Assembly: GCA_030583825.1 (NCBI GenBank)
Contig: CP129477.1
Span: 10,259-74,258, forward strand
DNA length: 64,000 nt
Direction: 5' to 3'
DNA from: Candidatus Dojkabacteria bacterium
GTDB taxonomy: Bacteria; Patescibacteriota; Dojkabacteria; GCA-002793355
The notes beneath the pieces were generated by a model. The model had not been told where the DNA came from, ran no database searches, and was given only the letters and a program-made list of their open reading frames with translations. The translations under genes and the position numbers were made by a program. This document shows positions 9,172-17,632 of the stretch, in pieces. Position 1 is the first letter of the stretch. Each line of letters opens with the position of its first letter.

Positions 9172-9981
9172 CTAAAGGCAACAACCAGAAAATATCTCAT
9201 TGTTTTTCTTGGCAATTGATGATATCTCACACTGACAATCTTCTATTTCTGCCAGAATATCGGCATTTCTATTAAGTGTTATTAACTTCTTATTCATTGC
9301 CAATACTTCCTCATACATGCTTAGATCTACACTTATTTCCTGATTTATTATTTTCGCAGCAGTTTTATGGCCGATCCTCTTTACCCCTTTAATATTATCA
9401 CTAGCGTCTCCAACAAGAGACTTATATAAAATATATTGACCAGGAGTAATCAAAAAATCTTCTTTTAGTTGTTTTTCTGTGTAAATAATTACTTCACCTT
9501 TCTTTATTTTCAATATCTGTACCTGCGGACATAACAACTGGTAAAAATCTGAATCAAGCGAAAAAATTGTTACTTTATTACGCCCTTGCTTATTTTTAGC
9601 TAAAAAAAGCTCTGTAAATGTAGCTATGGCATCATCTGCCTCAGTCCCGGAAAATTCAAAGTGCTTAATATTTAGAAAATCTAATACTTGGGTGATAATT
9701 CCCAAATGATGAAATGGCGAGTCTGCCTCTTGCGAATAGTCTTCCTTTCGATTTGCTTTATACTCAGCGCTTTGAGTATTTCTTATCGTTGGAGATTGTG
9801 AATCCCACACAACAGCGATATGCGACGGTTGCGTCAAATCCACTGACTTTCGTAACTGGCTTAGAAACGTCGTAACAACATGTAACGGATTTCCATTTGC
9901 GGAATAAAATTTGAAAGGCACAGCATATGAACGAAACAATAGATTATGCCCATCTATGAGTAGCAAAGAATTTCTCATCAT
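9172..9981 (-). CDS. Stand-alone 5'-3' exonuclease (FEN / Pol I N-terminal-domain-like).
   Basis: LLLIDGHNLLFRSY, VVWDS, DSDFYQLL and an H3TH motif GDASDNIKGVKRIGHKTAAKI. The longest ORF extends to 10032, but the start is probably an internal Met (MMRNS). Confidence 0.8.
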   Translation of the reverse strand: MMRNSLLLIDGHNLLFRSYAVPFKFYSANGNPLHVVTTFLSQLRKSVDLTQPSHIAVVWDSQSPTIRNTQSAEYKANRKEDYSQEADSPFHHLGIITQVLDFLNIKHFEFSGTEADDAIATFTELFLAKNKQGRNKVTIFSLDSDFYQLLCPQVQILKIKKGEVIIYTEKQLKEDFLITPGQYILYKSLVGDASDNIKGVKRIGHKTAAKIINQEISVDLSMYEEVLAMNKKLITLNRNADILAEIEDCQCEISSIAKKNNEIFSGCCL

Positions 9982-10124
9982 AAGAATAAAATTACAAATA
10001 ACTTTATCTCTTATGACAAGGTCATAGTTCACAGTGAAGTGATTAGAGGTATTTTAGTGTAACAAAAAACGTAGAAATTACCAATATTCCTTGCCGCCAC
10101 ATACAGGAAAAAGTATAATCTTCA

Positions 10125-11036
10125 ATGAACTGGTTTCTCATTTCTCTTCTTCCACCTGCTCTTTGGAGCATTACTAATCATATAGATAAATATTTGCTCT
10201 CTAAGTACTTTAAAGGAGGTGGAGTTGGCGCATTGATGATCTTTTCCTCACTTATTGGGGCATTCCTATTGCCAATTATTTATATTATCCATCCGGCAGT
10301 TTTTGAAAGTATCACAATTTCTCATCTTATTATTGTCGTAAATGGATTTTTATATGTTTTGGCAATTCTTCCTTACCTTTATGTACTACAAAAAGATGAA
10401 GCAACAATTGCAGTTCCATTGTTTCAGCTTATCCCGGTGTACTCTTTTATATTAGGATTTTTAATTCTTGGAGAAACACTTTCAGTTGCACAGTTAATTG
10501 GAGGTTTCATCATTGTTACAGCATCAGTATTTATTGCTCTTGATATTACAAACATTAAAAAGATCAAATTCAAGCTGAATGTTTTCTTGCTCATGGCTCT
10601 TTCATCACTGTTGTTCTCTTTGAATTTCATATTCTTTAAGCTTTTCGCTGTTGAAGCAAATTTCTTTGTTACTAGCTTCTGGGAGTACGTTGGATTTGTG
10701 TTATGCGCTCTCTGTTTATTACTGGTAAAGAAGTATAGGCAAGAGTTTTTAGACGTGTTGAAGACAAATAGCAAAGTTGTCTTAGCAACCAATGGTATAA
10801 ACGAAGTTATAAATATTCTCGCAAAAGTATCATTTAATATCGCTTCTTTGCTTGTTCCTGTTACACTTGTTTGGATAGTAAATGGCAGTCAGCCTATTTT
10901 CGTATTTATTTATGGAGTTATTATTACTCTGTTTTTTCCTAAGCTTGGAAAAGAAAATATTTCCAAACCTGCCTTGATACAGAAAGTTATTGGAATTCTC
11001 GTGATTTTCGTTGGAACAATCGTTGTGAACCTTTAA
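10125..11036 (+). CDS. DMT/EamA-family membrane transporter.
   Basis: 303 aa with about 10 predicted TM helices and a two-repeat EamA-like architecture. Confidence 0.5.
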   Translation: MNWFLISLLPPALWSITNHIDKYLLSKYFKGGGVGALMIFSSLIGAFLLPIIYIIHPAVFESITISHLIIVVNGFLYVLAILPYLYVLQKDEATIAVPLFQLIPVYSFILGFLILGETLSVAQLIGGFIIVTASVFIALDITNIKKIKFKLNVFLLMALSSLLFSLNFIFFKLFAVEANFFVTSFWEYVGFVLCALCLLLVKKYRQEFLDVLKTNSKVVLATNGINEVINILAKVSFNIASLLVPVTLVWIVNGSQPIFVFIYGVIITLFFPKLGKENISKPALIQKVIGILVIFVGTIVVNL

Positions 11037-11043
11037 CTGTACT

Positions 11044-11409
11044 ATGAACAGAGTTATTTTTTACCAACGTGCAGAAGGAATTGCTCTCTTTATTCTTGCA
11101 ACAGCAGTGTATTTTTACAGTGGATTAAACTGGCTCGCGTACCTATTGCTTCTTTTTTCATTTGATATCTCTATGCTCGGATATTTAGTGAACAAAAAAT
11201 TTGGAGCAGAAATATATAACTTCGTGCATAACTTGATATTGCCCTCTATTGTGGCATGTATCTTCCTACTATTTCCGCACAATATGTTGTTAGGACTAGC
11301 CTGTTTGTGGTTCGCTCACATTGGCCTTGACCGCGCCTTAGGGTATGGATTAAAGCTTTCGTCAGGGTTTAAAGATACTCATCTCGGAAAGATTGGGAAA
11401 GAAAAATAG
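11044..11409 (+). CDS. Small integral membrane protein (possibly DUF4260-like).
   Basis: 121 aa with three to four hydrophobic helices. There is no catalytic motif. Confidence 0.35.
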   Translation: MNRVIFYQRAEGIALFILATAVYFYSGLNWLAYLLLLFSFDISMLGYLVNKKFGAEIYNFVHNLILPSIVACIFLLFPHNMLLGLACLWFAHIGLDRALGYGLKLSSGFKDTHLGKIGKEK

Positions 11410-11442
11410 TAGTGTGGTAGATAAATTTGTAAAATCCAAAAT

Positions 11443-12093
11443 ATGATCGTTAACCCACAGGCAAAAGTAATTTTATGCTATGGAGATAGTAATACCCATG
11501 GTCAAAGTCCTGATAAAAGTATTCTTCCTAGATATGCCCGAGACATTCGTTGGCCTGGTAGGCTTCAAGAATTGCTTGGGAATGATTATTATATTATTGA
11601 AGAAGGTTTGGGTGGTAGAACAACCAATTTGGAACACTATAATCCAAACAAGCAATCGCGTAATGGTCTAACTTACTTTACTCCATGTTTGATCAGTCAT
11701 TCACCCATAGACATTGTTATTATAATGTTAGGGACTAATGACTTGAAGTTACAATATAATAGGACTACGGCAGATATCGCTAATACGCTAAAGCTATTTA
11801 TTGATGAGGTGAAAGTAAATACTCCTAGTGCAAGAGTATTATTAGTGAGCCCAATTCATATTAATGCAGCTGCTCCTAAGTTTTTAGACTATTATGAGGG
11901 GATTTATGATGTATTCTCTGCAGAGAAATCAAGGTTATTAGCAGAAGAAATTAAACGTATCTCAGAAGAAACGAATTCATTATTTTTTGATGCAAGCACT
12001 GTGGCAAAGGCCGGAACAGATGGTATACACTTTGACGAACAGTCACACCCTACGTTAGCGGAAGCTCTAGTAAGGATAATAAAGAATATTTAG
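11443..12093 (+). CDS. SGNH/GDSL-family hydrolase (esterase/lipase-like).
   Basis: Block I ILCYGDSNTHG (GDSxT with the Ser nucleophile), block III GTNDL, and a C-terminal DGIHF (Asp-x-x-His). Confidence 0.7.
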   Translation: MIVNPQAKVILCYGDSNTHGQSPDKSILPRYARDIRWPGRLQELLGNDYYIIEEGLGGRTTNLEHYNPNKQSRNGLTYFTPCLISHSPIDIVIIMLGTNDLKLQYNRTTADIANTLKLFIDEVKVNTPSARVLLVSPIHINAAAPKFLDYYEGIYDVFSAEKSRLLAEEIKRISEETNSLFFDASTVAKAGTDGIHFDEQSHPTLAEALVRIIKNI

Positions 12094-12178
12094 TGCCGAG
12101 AAGAGGACTCGAACCTCCACGTCCGTAATGGACACTAGTTCCTAAGACTAGCGCGTCTGCCAGTTCCGCCATCCCGGC
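12094..12178 (-). tRNA. tRNA-Leu (anticodon UAG).
   Basis: Reverse complement GCCGGGATGGCGGAACTGGCAGACGCGCTAGTCTTAGGAACTAGTGTCCATTACGGACGTGGAGGTTCGAGTCCTCTTCTCGGCA. It has a long variable arm and anticodon loop CTTAGGA with anticodon TAG. Confidence 0.85.
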
Positions 12179-12208
12179 GATTCTATGCGGTGTAAGAAAC
12201 TTGGAAAA

Positions 12209-12541
12209 TTACGCTTTTGCTGATTTTGCCTTTGTCACTTTCTTCTCAAAAGTCTTTGTTTCTTTCACTACTGCTGCTTCAGGAACAATGCTGACAACGG
12301 TCTTCAATCCGTTTGGACGTCGAATATATCCAAATCGTACTCTGCCTGTTACCAATGAGATAACTGAGTGATCACGTGAGAGTTTTGTGTTTTCTCCAGG
12401 ATGATACACAACACCGGTCTGTCGAACAAGAATCTGTCCGCCATTTACCATTTGTCCATCATTTACTTTGAGACCTCTTCTTTTTCCTACAACATTCGCT
12501 TTTTGGTTTGCACTGGACGACCCAGCTTTGACATGCGCCAT
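12209..12541 (-). CDS. rpmA: 50S ribosomal protein L27.
   Basis: MAHVKAGSSS...GKRRGLKV..GGQILVRQTGVVYHPGENT..RDHSV, with a C-terminal Lys-rich extension. Confidence 0.85.
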   Translation of the reverse strand: MAHVKAGSSSANQKANVVGKRRGLKVNDGQMVNGGQILVRQTGVVYHPGENTKLSRDHSVISLVTGRVRFGYIRRPNGLKTVVSIVPEAAVVKETKTFEKKVTKAKSAKA

Positions 12542-12558
12542 TGTGCGCTTCTTTCAAC

Positions 12559-13737
12559 TTATTTATGCTTCATAAGAAGCCCTAATTCTTTGAGGATTGT
12601 GCCCTCTTCATTATTCCAAATGTAAGATCCATCGGAAGGGATGAGCTGTTGCCATTTCTTAGCATCAAACTCAACTCTGGGATTGTACCATTTCACCCTT
12701 TTATTATCAATATACGAATACACAGGTTTTACATAGACCAGCATTCCACCTGCAGGAAGAACATGATACGCAGCTTGTAAAAGACTTTTTATAAGAGGTT
12801 TTACTTCTCTTTCCCATTCATGAATCGCGTCTCTCATGTTGTCGAAAGGTCGCGATCTCATTTTTCCCAAAAATGGCTCTGTCACAACGGCACTAATAGA
12901 CAAAGGACGTATTTCGTCAGGCAATCGAGGATACTTAATATCATATATGAAAGTTTCTGACTGTAACTCAGGTACAAGCCCTTTCTGCTGTAGCCATTGG
13001 AGATTTTCTTCAGTAAAAGTCATTGCCTGTCCGGAAACATCACTTCCAACAGACGGGATATTTAATAGTTCACATTGCATAAGTACAGTTCCAAGACCAC
13101 AAAACGGATCCCATATATACGTATTAGGCTGCGGATTTGAGATATTAACCATCATCCTTGCTAGCTTCGACGGTAACATTCCTACGTGCTTTTCTCTATG
13201 TGGCTTTTCAAAATCAACAAGCGTCCAATAATTGGCATCTTGCACTTGTGTTGTTTGCACAACTAATAATGAATTTCCTACTTCGATAACATTAATTTCT
13301 GCTCCACCTTTTTTCAAAAGATGAAATACGGTTGCCGGAGACTGCACTTTTTTATTGAACTTTCCCATAAATTTGGGACGATGCGCAACCTGCTTTAAAG
13401 AAACAATTAATCGTCCAATTTGTGGAAAAGAAAATCTATTCGTGTAAAACGAAAGAATATATTTTTTAGTTTGAGTATCTGCAAGTGTCTTTGCAATGAC
13501 TTTTTCCAACTCTTGAATATCGGTTGACTGAATATCTGCAATTACTTTACCGAATTTGGGGATGCCTCCTGATTTCTGAAATGCCTGCATTGCTGTTTTT
13601 TCATCACAGTTTGCGAGTGCACCAACATTGCCGATATATACAGAATCAGATACAAGAGAATCTACTTCAAGCTTTGAAAATTTCGGATGAGAACCGAAGA
13701 AAAACAAATGCATATTACTTAACAACGATATCTTCAA
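12559..13737 (-). CDS. SAM-dependent RNA methyltransferase of the UPF0020 / Trm11-RlmL-like family (N2-guanine type).
   Basis: Motif I DPFCGLGTVLM and a motif IV-like VVTEPFLG. The N-terminal domain could be THUMP-like. Confidence 0.55.
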   Translation of the reverse strand: MKISLLSNMHLFFFGSHPKFSKLEVDSLVSDSVYIGNVGALANCDEKTAMQAFQKSGGIPKFGKVIADIQSTDIQELEKVIAKTLADTQTKKYILSFYTNRFSFPQIGRLIVSLKQVAHRPKFMGKFNKKVQSPATVFHLLKKGGAEINVIEVGNSLLVVQTTQVQDANYWTLVDFEKPHREKHVGMLPSKLARMMVNISNPQPNTYIWDPFCGLGTVLMQCELLNIPSVGSDVSGQAMTFTEENLQWLQQKGLVPELQSETFIYDIKYPRLPDEIRPLSISAVVTEPFLGKMRSRPFDNMRDAIHEWEREVKPLIKSLLQAAYHVLPAGGMLVYVKPVYSYIDNKRVKWYNPRVEFDAKKWQQLIPSDGSYIWNNEEGTILKELGLLMKHK

Positions 13738-14035
13738 CCATCAATCTTGTCAATTGCTGGCGATATCCCCACTGTTTGCGGTAACGTGATTTTGCCTTAA
13801 ATTTGGAGGCTTCTTCTTTCTTTGATTTGAAGTGTTTTACAACTGTACAAACAACACTTGCGTTTTTTACATGTGGCTGTCCAATTTGTACGCTTTCTTT
13901 TACGTTAGTCAAAAGGACTTCTTCAAATGTATATTTTTCAGTTTTTTCTGCTTTAACTTTTGGAATATCAATATATTTTCCCTTCACAAGAAAATACTGA
14001 TGCTTTCCTCTGTTTACAATTGCGTAATCGGTCAT
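13715..14035 (-). CDS. rplU: 50S ribosomal protein L21.
   Basis: MTDYAIVNRGKHQYFLVKGKYIDIP; 106 aa. Confidence 0.8.
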   Translation of the reverse strand: MTDYAIVNRGKHQYFLVKGKYIDIPKVKAEKTEKYTFEEVLLTNVKESVQIGQPHVKNASVVCTVVKHFKSKKEEASKFKAKSRYRKQWGYRQQLTRLMVEDIVVK

Positions 14036-14066
14036 AAGTGGATTTTACAATGAGGTTGGGCTAATG

Positions 14067-14876
14067 TCAAACACCTGTTCTTCGTAAATTTAAGACAAGA
14101 GCTGTCGTATTTAAAAGTTTTCCAACATCTTCTGCAAGTGATCTCATATATCCACCTTTTGAAATTGTTACCGTGACAGTCAGTAGCCCAAATGTCGCAG
14201 AACTCTGCATAAAAGCTTCTGATTGCTTTTCGAGCATTACGGCAAGACGGTGACCAATATCTTCATATTTTGGAAATAGTGTTCTGTTAAAATTCTGCTG
14301 CCATTCGCTACTAAGATTTTGATAGTTTTGTGCAAGCGTTTCTTTCATTTCACCCACTTTGCCGGAGATCTCCTTTCCTGTGCATTGCGAGACTTCAGAA
14401 ATATCTTCAAACGTAATACTTACTTCTCGTGTTGGCAAAGCAACCTCCTCGCCAGCTCTGGCCGTATCATACAGCTTTTGCCCATCTTGTTTTACTGCAC
14501 TGTATTGAGGAACCTCTTGAACGTAATGTTGTTCTAATGTTTTAAGTGATTGTACAAGCTTAGATTGCTCAGGAAATACCATTTGTGCTTCTGCTATTTC
14601 AACCATTTGCTCAAGATCAGCTGAAGATGTCTCTGCTCCCAGCAGGATAGTCATTTCGTACTGCTTAGTATTATTTAAGAAGTCACTCGCCTGTTTTGTT
14701 GCATTGCCAGTTAAAATAACAAGCTTTCCAGTTGCGAGTGGATCAAGCGTTCCTCCGTGCCCAACTTTGCCGGGAAACACTTTTTTATACCAATCAACAA
14801 CCGCATAACTTGGTAAACCATATGGTTTATCTACAACGATAACATTAGCATTGAGTTTTTCTTCTTGCCAAATCAT
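14067..14876 (-). CDS. truB: tRNA pseudouridine(55) synthase.
   Basis: VIVVDKPYGLPS...KVGHGGTLDPLATGKLVIL carries the catalytic Asp motif. There is a C-terminal extension. Confidence 0.85.
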   Translation of the reverse strand: MIWQEEKLNANVIVVDKPYGLPSYAVVDWYKKVFPGKVGHGGTLDPLATGKLVILTGNATKQASDFLNNTKQYEMTILLGAETSSADLEQMVEIAEAQMVFPEQSKLVQSLKTLEQHYVQEVPQYSAVKQDGQKLYDTARAGEEVALPTREVSITFEDISEVSQCTGKEISGKVGEMKETLAQNYQNLSSEWQQNFNRTLFPKYEDIGHRLAVMLEKQSEAFMQSSATFGLLTVTVTISKGGYMRSLAEDVGKLLNTTALVLNLRRTGV

Positions 14877-14881
14877 AAATA

Positions 14882-15598
14882 CTAAACATAAGTAATGTTT
14901 TCGGACTTTTCGAATTCTGCAGTTCTCCAGGTTCCTTTAAATTGAACAAGTCCAAGCTGTTGCCATAAAAGCTCTTGTGAAATAGAGCGGTCGTCTACGA
15001 TATCTGGCACAAAATTGGGAGTTCGATTCGTTTTACACAGTAGAATAACTTCGTCCGTAATAACACCTGAAAATGTCGAATCTCCCATAATTAAGCTAAC
15101 TATATCTGTTCGCGAAAAATAATGATAATATCGCCGACCATCCTGATAATGAGGAGGATGTGTATGCAAGTTAAACAATGGTGAAATAGTGCTCTGATGA
15201 GGCACTTCACTTTCCTGTAAGGTTTTTTTGAAAATAGTCTTTCCGTCAACTTCGACTTGCTTTGTATAATTTGTATCATGTGTATGTGGAATATACTGAA
15301 CTTTTAAAGAATATTTTGAAGTTACCGATGATCTATCTCCACGAAGTGTGGGAGTAACACAAATATCACCATCTATCCACCATACACTGACAGCACGTTC
15401 ATGCTCATCTTGAAGTGTTAACTCATGCAAATCTTTTACACTTGACCAAAAAGAAGATGGAAGTGACATTTTGTCAGGCAGAGATGTTGGGTCAGGAAAA
15501 CCATGAGAAGAATTCCAACGGGTAATATTTTCGTAAAGGGTAAAGTAGTTCCAATGTCTTTTTCTATCTAAAAGCGATCCCAATAATTTTTTCAGCAT
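14882..15598 (-). CDS. Hypothetical protein with a possible JAMM/MPN-like metal-binding motif.
   Basis: LHELTLQDEHE ... HTHPPHYQDGRRYYHYFSRTD resembles E...HxH...SxxD. The spacing is longer than canonical, so this is uncertain. Confidence 0.25.
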   Translation of the reverse strand: MLKKLLGSLLDRKRHWNYFTLYENITRWNSSHGFPDPTSLPDKMSLPSSFWSSVKDLHELTLQDEHERAVSVWWIDGDICVTPTLRGDRSSVTSKYSLKVQYIPHTHDTNYTKQVEVDGKTIFKKTLQESEVPHQSTISPLFNLHTHPPHYQDGRRYYHYFSRTDIVSLIMGDSTFSGVITDEVILLCKTNRTPNFVPDIVDDRSISQELLWQQLGLVQFKGTWRTAEFEKSENITYV

Positions 15599-16167
15599 TA
15601 TAATCCAAGCGTATCTTTTATTCTGAGCAATGAGTTGAGTACATTTTCAACATGAGTTTCTATTGGTAACTCGATTTCTGCGAGTGATTCCGTAATATCT
15701 TCACGATTTACTCCGCGGGCAAAAGATTTATCTTTCAATCTTTTTACAACGCTCGAAACTTTTACTCCCGAAAGTTTTTCGGGATTCACTAATGCACAAG
15801 CCACCACAAATCCTGATAATTCATCGCAAGCATAGAGATAATGATCAAGCAAGGACTCTCGCTTTTCAAACCTGTCGTCTCCATTGCCATGAGAAGCAAT
15901 AGCATGAGCCATTTCTTCTATTTTGAGGTCATTTTCTGTTTTATTTCTTTCACGAAGCAATTGAACAATATGTTTTGGGTGAATATCTGGATATGCTTCC
16001 CAGTCTGCGTCGTGTAACAAGCCGGTGATACCCCATAATTCTTTGTCCTGACCAAGCCTCACTGCGTAATCTTCTAATGCTGCTTCAACCGTCAGCATGT
16101 GCTTTATTAAGTTCTGATTTTTTACTAAATCGGTTACGATTTTATACGCTTCATCTCGAGTCAACAT
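15598..16167 (-). CDS. HD-domain phosphohydrolase.
   Basis: An H...HD motif (LLHDADWEAYPDIHPKH); 189 aa. Confidence 0.65.
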   Translation of the reverse strand: MLTRDEAYKIVTDLVKNQNLIKHMLTVEAALEDYAVRLGQDKELWGITGLLHDADWEAYPDIHPKHIVQLLRERNKTENDLKIEEMAHAIASHGNGDDRFEKRESLLDHYLYACDELSGFVVACALVNPEKLSGVKVSSVVKRLKDKSFARGVNREDITESLAEIELPIETHVENVLNSLLRIKDTLGL

Positions 16168-16920
16168 TTACCAGCCTTTTAACATATTATTTAACATATC
16201 TGCCATTGTTTTTAGTGCAGGCACAGCAGATTTATAATTCAAATTGATATATCCGATTGTTCCTATGTATCCGTGAGCTGTATCGTTTTGCAATAGTTTA
16301 AATGGAGCAAACACTGCAATAAAGTTTTCGAGCTCTTCAAGTCCGAGCTCGGTACCGGAAAACAACCCAACTCCACCACGAGGATACTCTACCTGCGAAC
16401 CAAGAATTGATGAAAATACTTCTGGATCTTCAATAACATCCCAGAATTTTATAAGCCCTTTCAGATAGTCTGCCTGGATTTTCTTTGGAAAGTGCGTATA
16501 TGAGCTGAGCAATCGTGAAATCCTGTAAAACTGAATTACATTATTGTAAATAACAAAGACCGGCTCACCTGTAAGTTTGTGAACTGTTTTCATTGATTGT
16601 CGTAACAATGTTTGAATGTCAAAACGTTCATTGTAAAGCTCTTGGCCAATGCGGACAATTTCCAAAAAGTTAACCTGCTCCTCATTCATGAGGTTATTAA
16701 TATAGAAGTACAGTCCTTTAATTGTTGGAATACGCCCCGATGCAAAGTGGCTTTTTGTTAAATAGCCTGATTCTGTAAGTGAGAGAAATTCATTTCTGAG
16801 TGTTGCAGAACTGACATCAAATTCGTGGTTGCGAAGCAACTCGAATGAACTGACATCTTCACCACTCAAAATAAACGATTCGATGAGTGCTTTTAATATT
16901 TGTCGCTGTCGCTCTGTCAT
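16168..16920 (-). CDS. hrcA: Heat-inducible transcription repressor HrcA.
   Basis: N-terminal wHTH MTERQRQILKALIESF...SSATLRNEF..LTESGYL; 250 aa. There is no adjacent grpE/dnaK. Confidence 0.75.
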   Translation of the reverse strand: MTERQRQILKALIESFILSGEDVSSFELLRNHEFDVSSATLRNEFLSLTESGYLTKSHFASGRIPTIKGLYFYINNLMNEEQVNFLEIVRIGQELYNERFDIQTLLRQSMKTVHKLTGEPVFVIYNNVIQFYRISRLLSSYTHFPKKIQADYLKGLIKFWDVIEDPEVFSSILGSQVEYPRGGVGLFSGTELGLEELENFIAVFAPFKLLQNDTAHGYIGTIGYINLNYKSAVPALKTMADMLNNMLKGW

Positions 16921-16945
16921 ATGTAATTCTAAAGACTTTCCTAAT

Positions 16946-17632
16946 TTACGTCAATTTCTTCTTTTGTTTTGCTTTTTGCTCTTCTGCTTCAAGCTCTTGC
17001 TCTGCATTAAAAACTTCTCGATGCATTCTTCCGAATGTATAAATTCCAAATCCCATACCAAATAAAAAGCCAGTAGCAAACCTAAGTGCATTATTACTCT
17101 CATAAAATGGATCTTTGGGCGTTACCAGCGATGCAATGAGTTGTACTCCCCCATCAATTGCCATAGGAACAAGTAATATGCCAAATATCCATAGCGGAAT
17201 ATTTTTCTTATGAATCATCCAACCTGTTACTGATCCAGCCGCCATTCCGGTATATAGCCCGGTACATCTACTACATACACCGAATTTACAGCCGAGAGAA
17301 TCACTACAGGTATATCTATTCTGAATATTGACAGTAAACATGTTATTCCAGTTCATAACTTTTAAAAGCTCGTTTTGGGAATACATGAACTGTTCTCCAA
17401 ATAGAAAAAAGCTACGTTGCGGCATTTGATGGCAGAGAAAGCCCAGCACATTATACATTTGCTTTGAGAGCCACCCAAATCCTAGCTTATAGGTAATTGC
17501 CGGTAAAAACAGCATTGTATTTAATCCGGCGATCACAACATACACGCCAGCGATAATTCTTTTACTTACATTGATAGATTCTTGAATCATTTTTACTCCA
17601 AATAATTGAACAAAGATTATCATATACCGCAA
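16946..17632 (-). CDS. DUF2085-family membrane protein.
   Basis: CHQMPQRSFF motif with Cys-rich CxxC pairs and multiple TM helices. Confidence 0.45.
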   Translation of the reverse strand: MRYMIIFVQLFGVKMIQESINVSKRIIAGVYVVIAGLNTMLFLPAITYKLGFGWLSKQMYNVLGFLCHQMPQRSFFLFGEQFMYSQNELLKVMNWNNMFTVNIQNRYTCSDSLGCKFGVCSRCTGLYTGMAAGSVTGWMIHKKNIPLWIFGILLVPMAIDGGVQLIASLVTPKDPFYESNNALRFATGFLFGMGFGIYTFGRMHREVFNAEQELEAEEQKAKQKKKLT

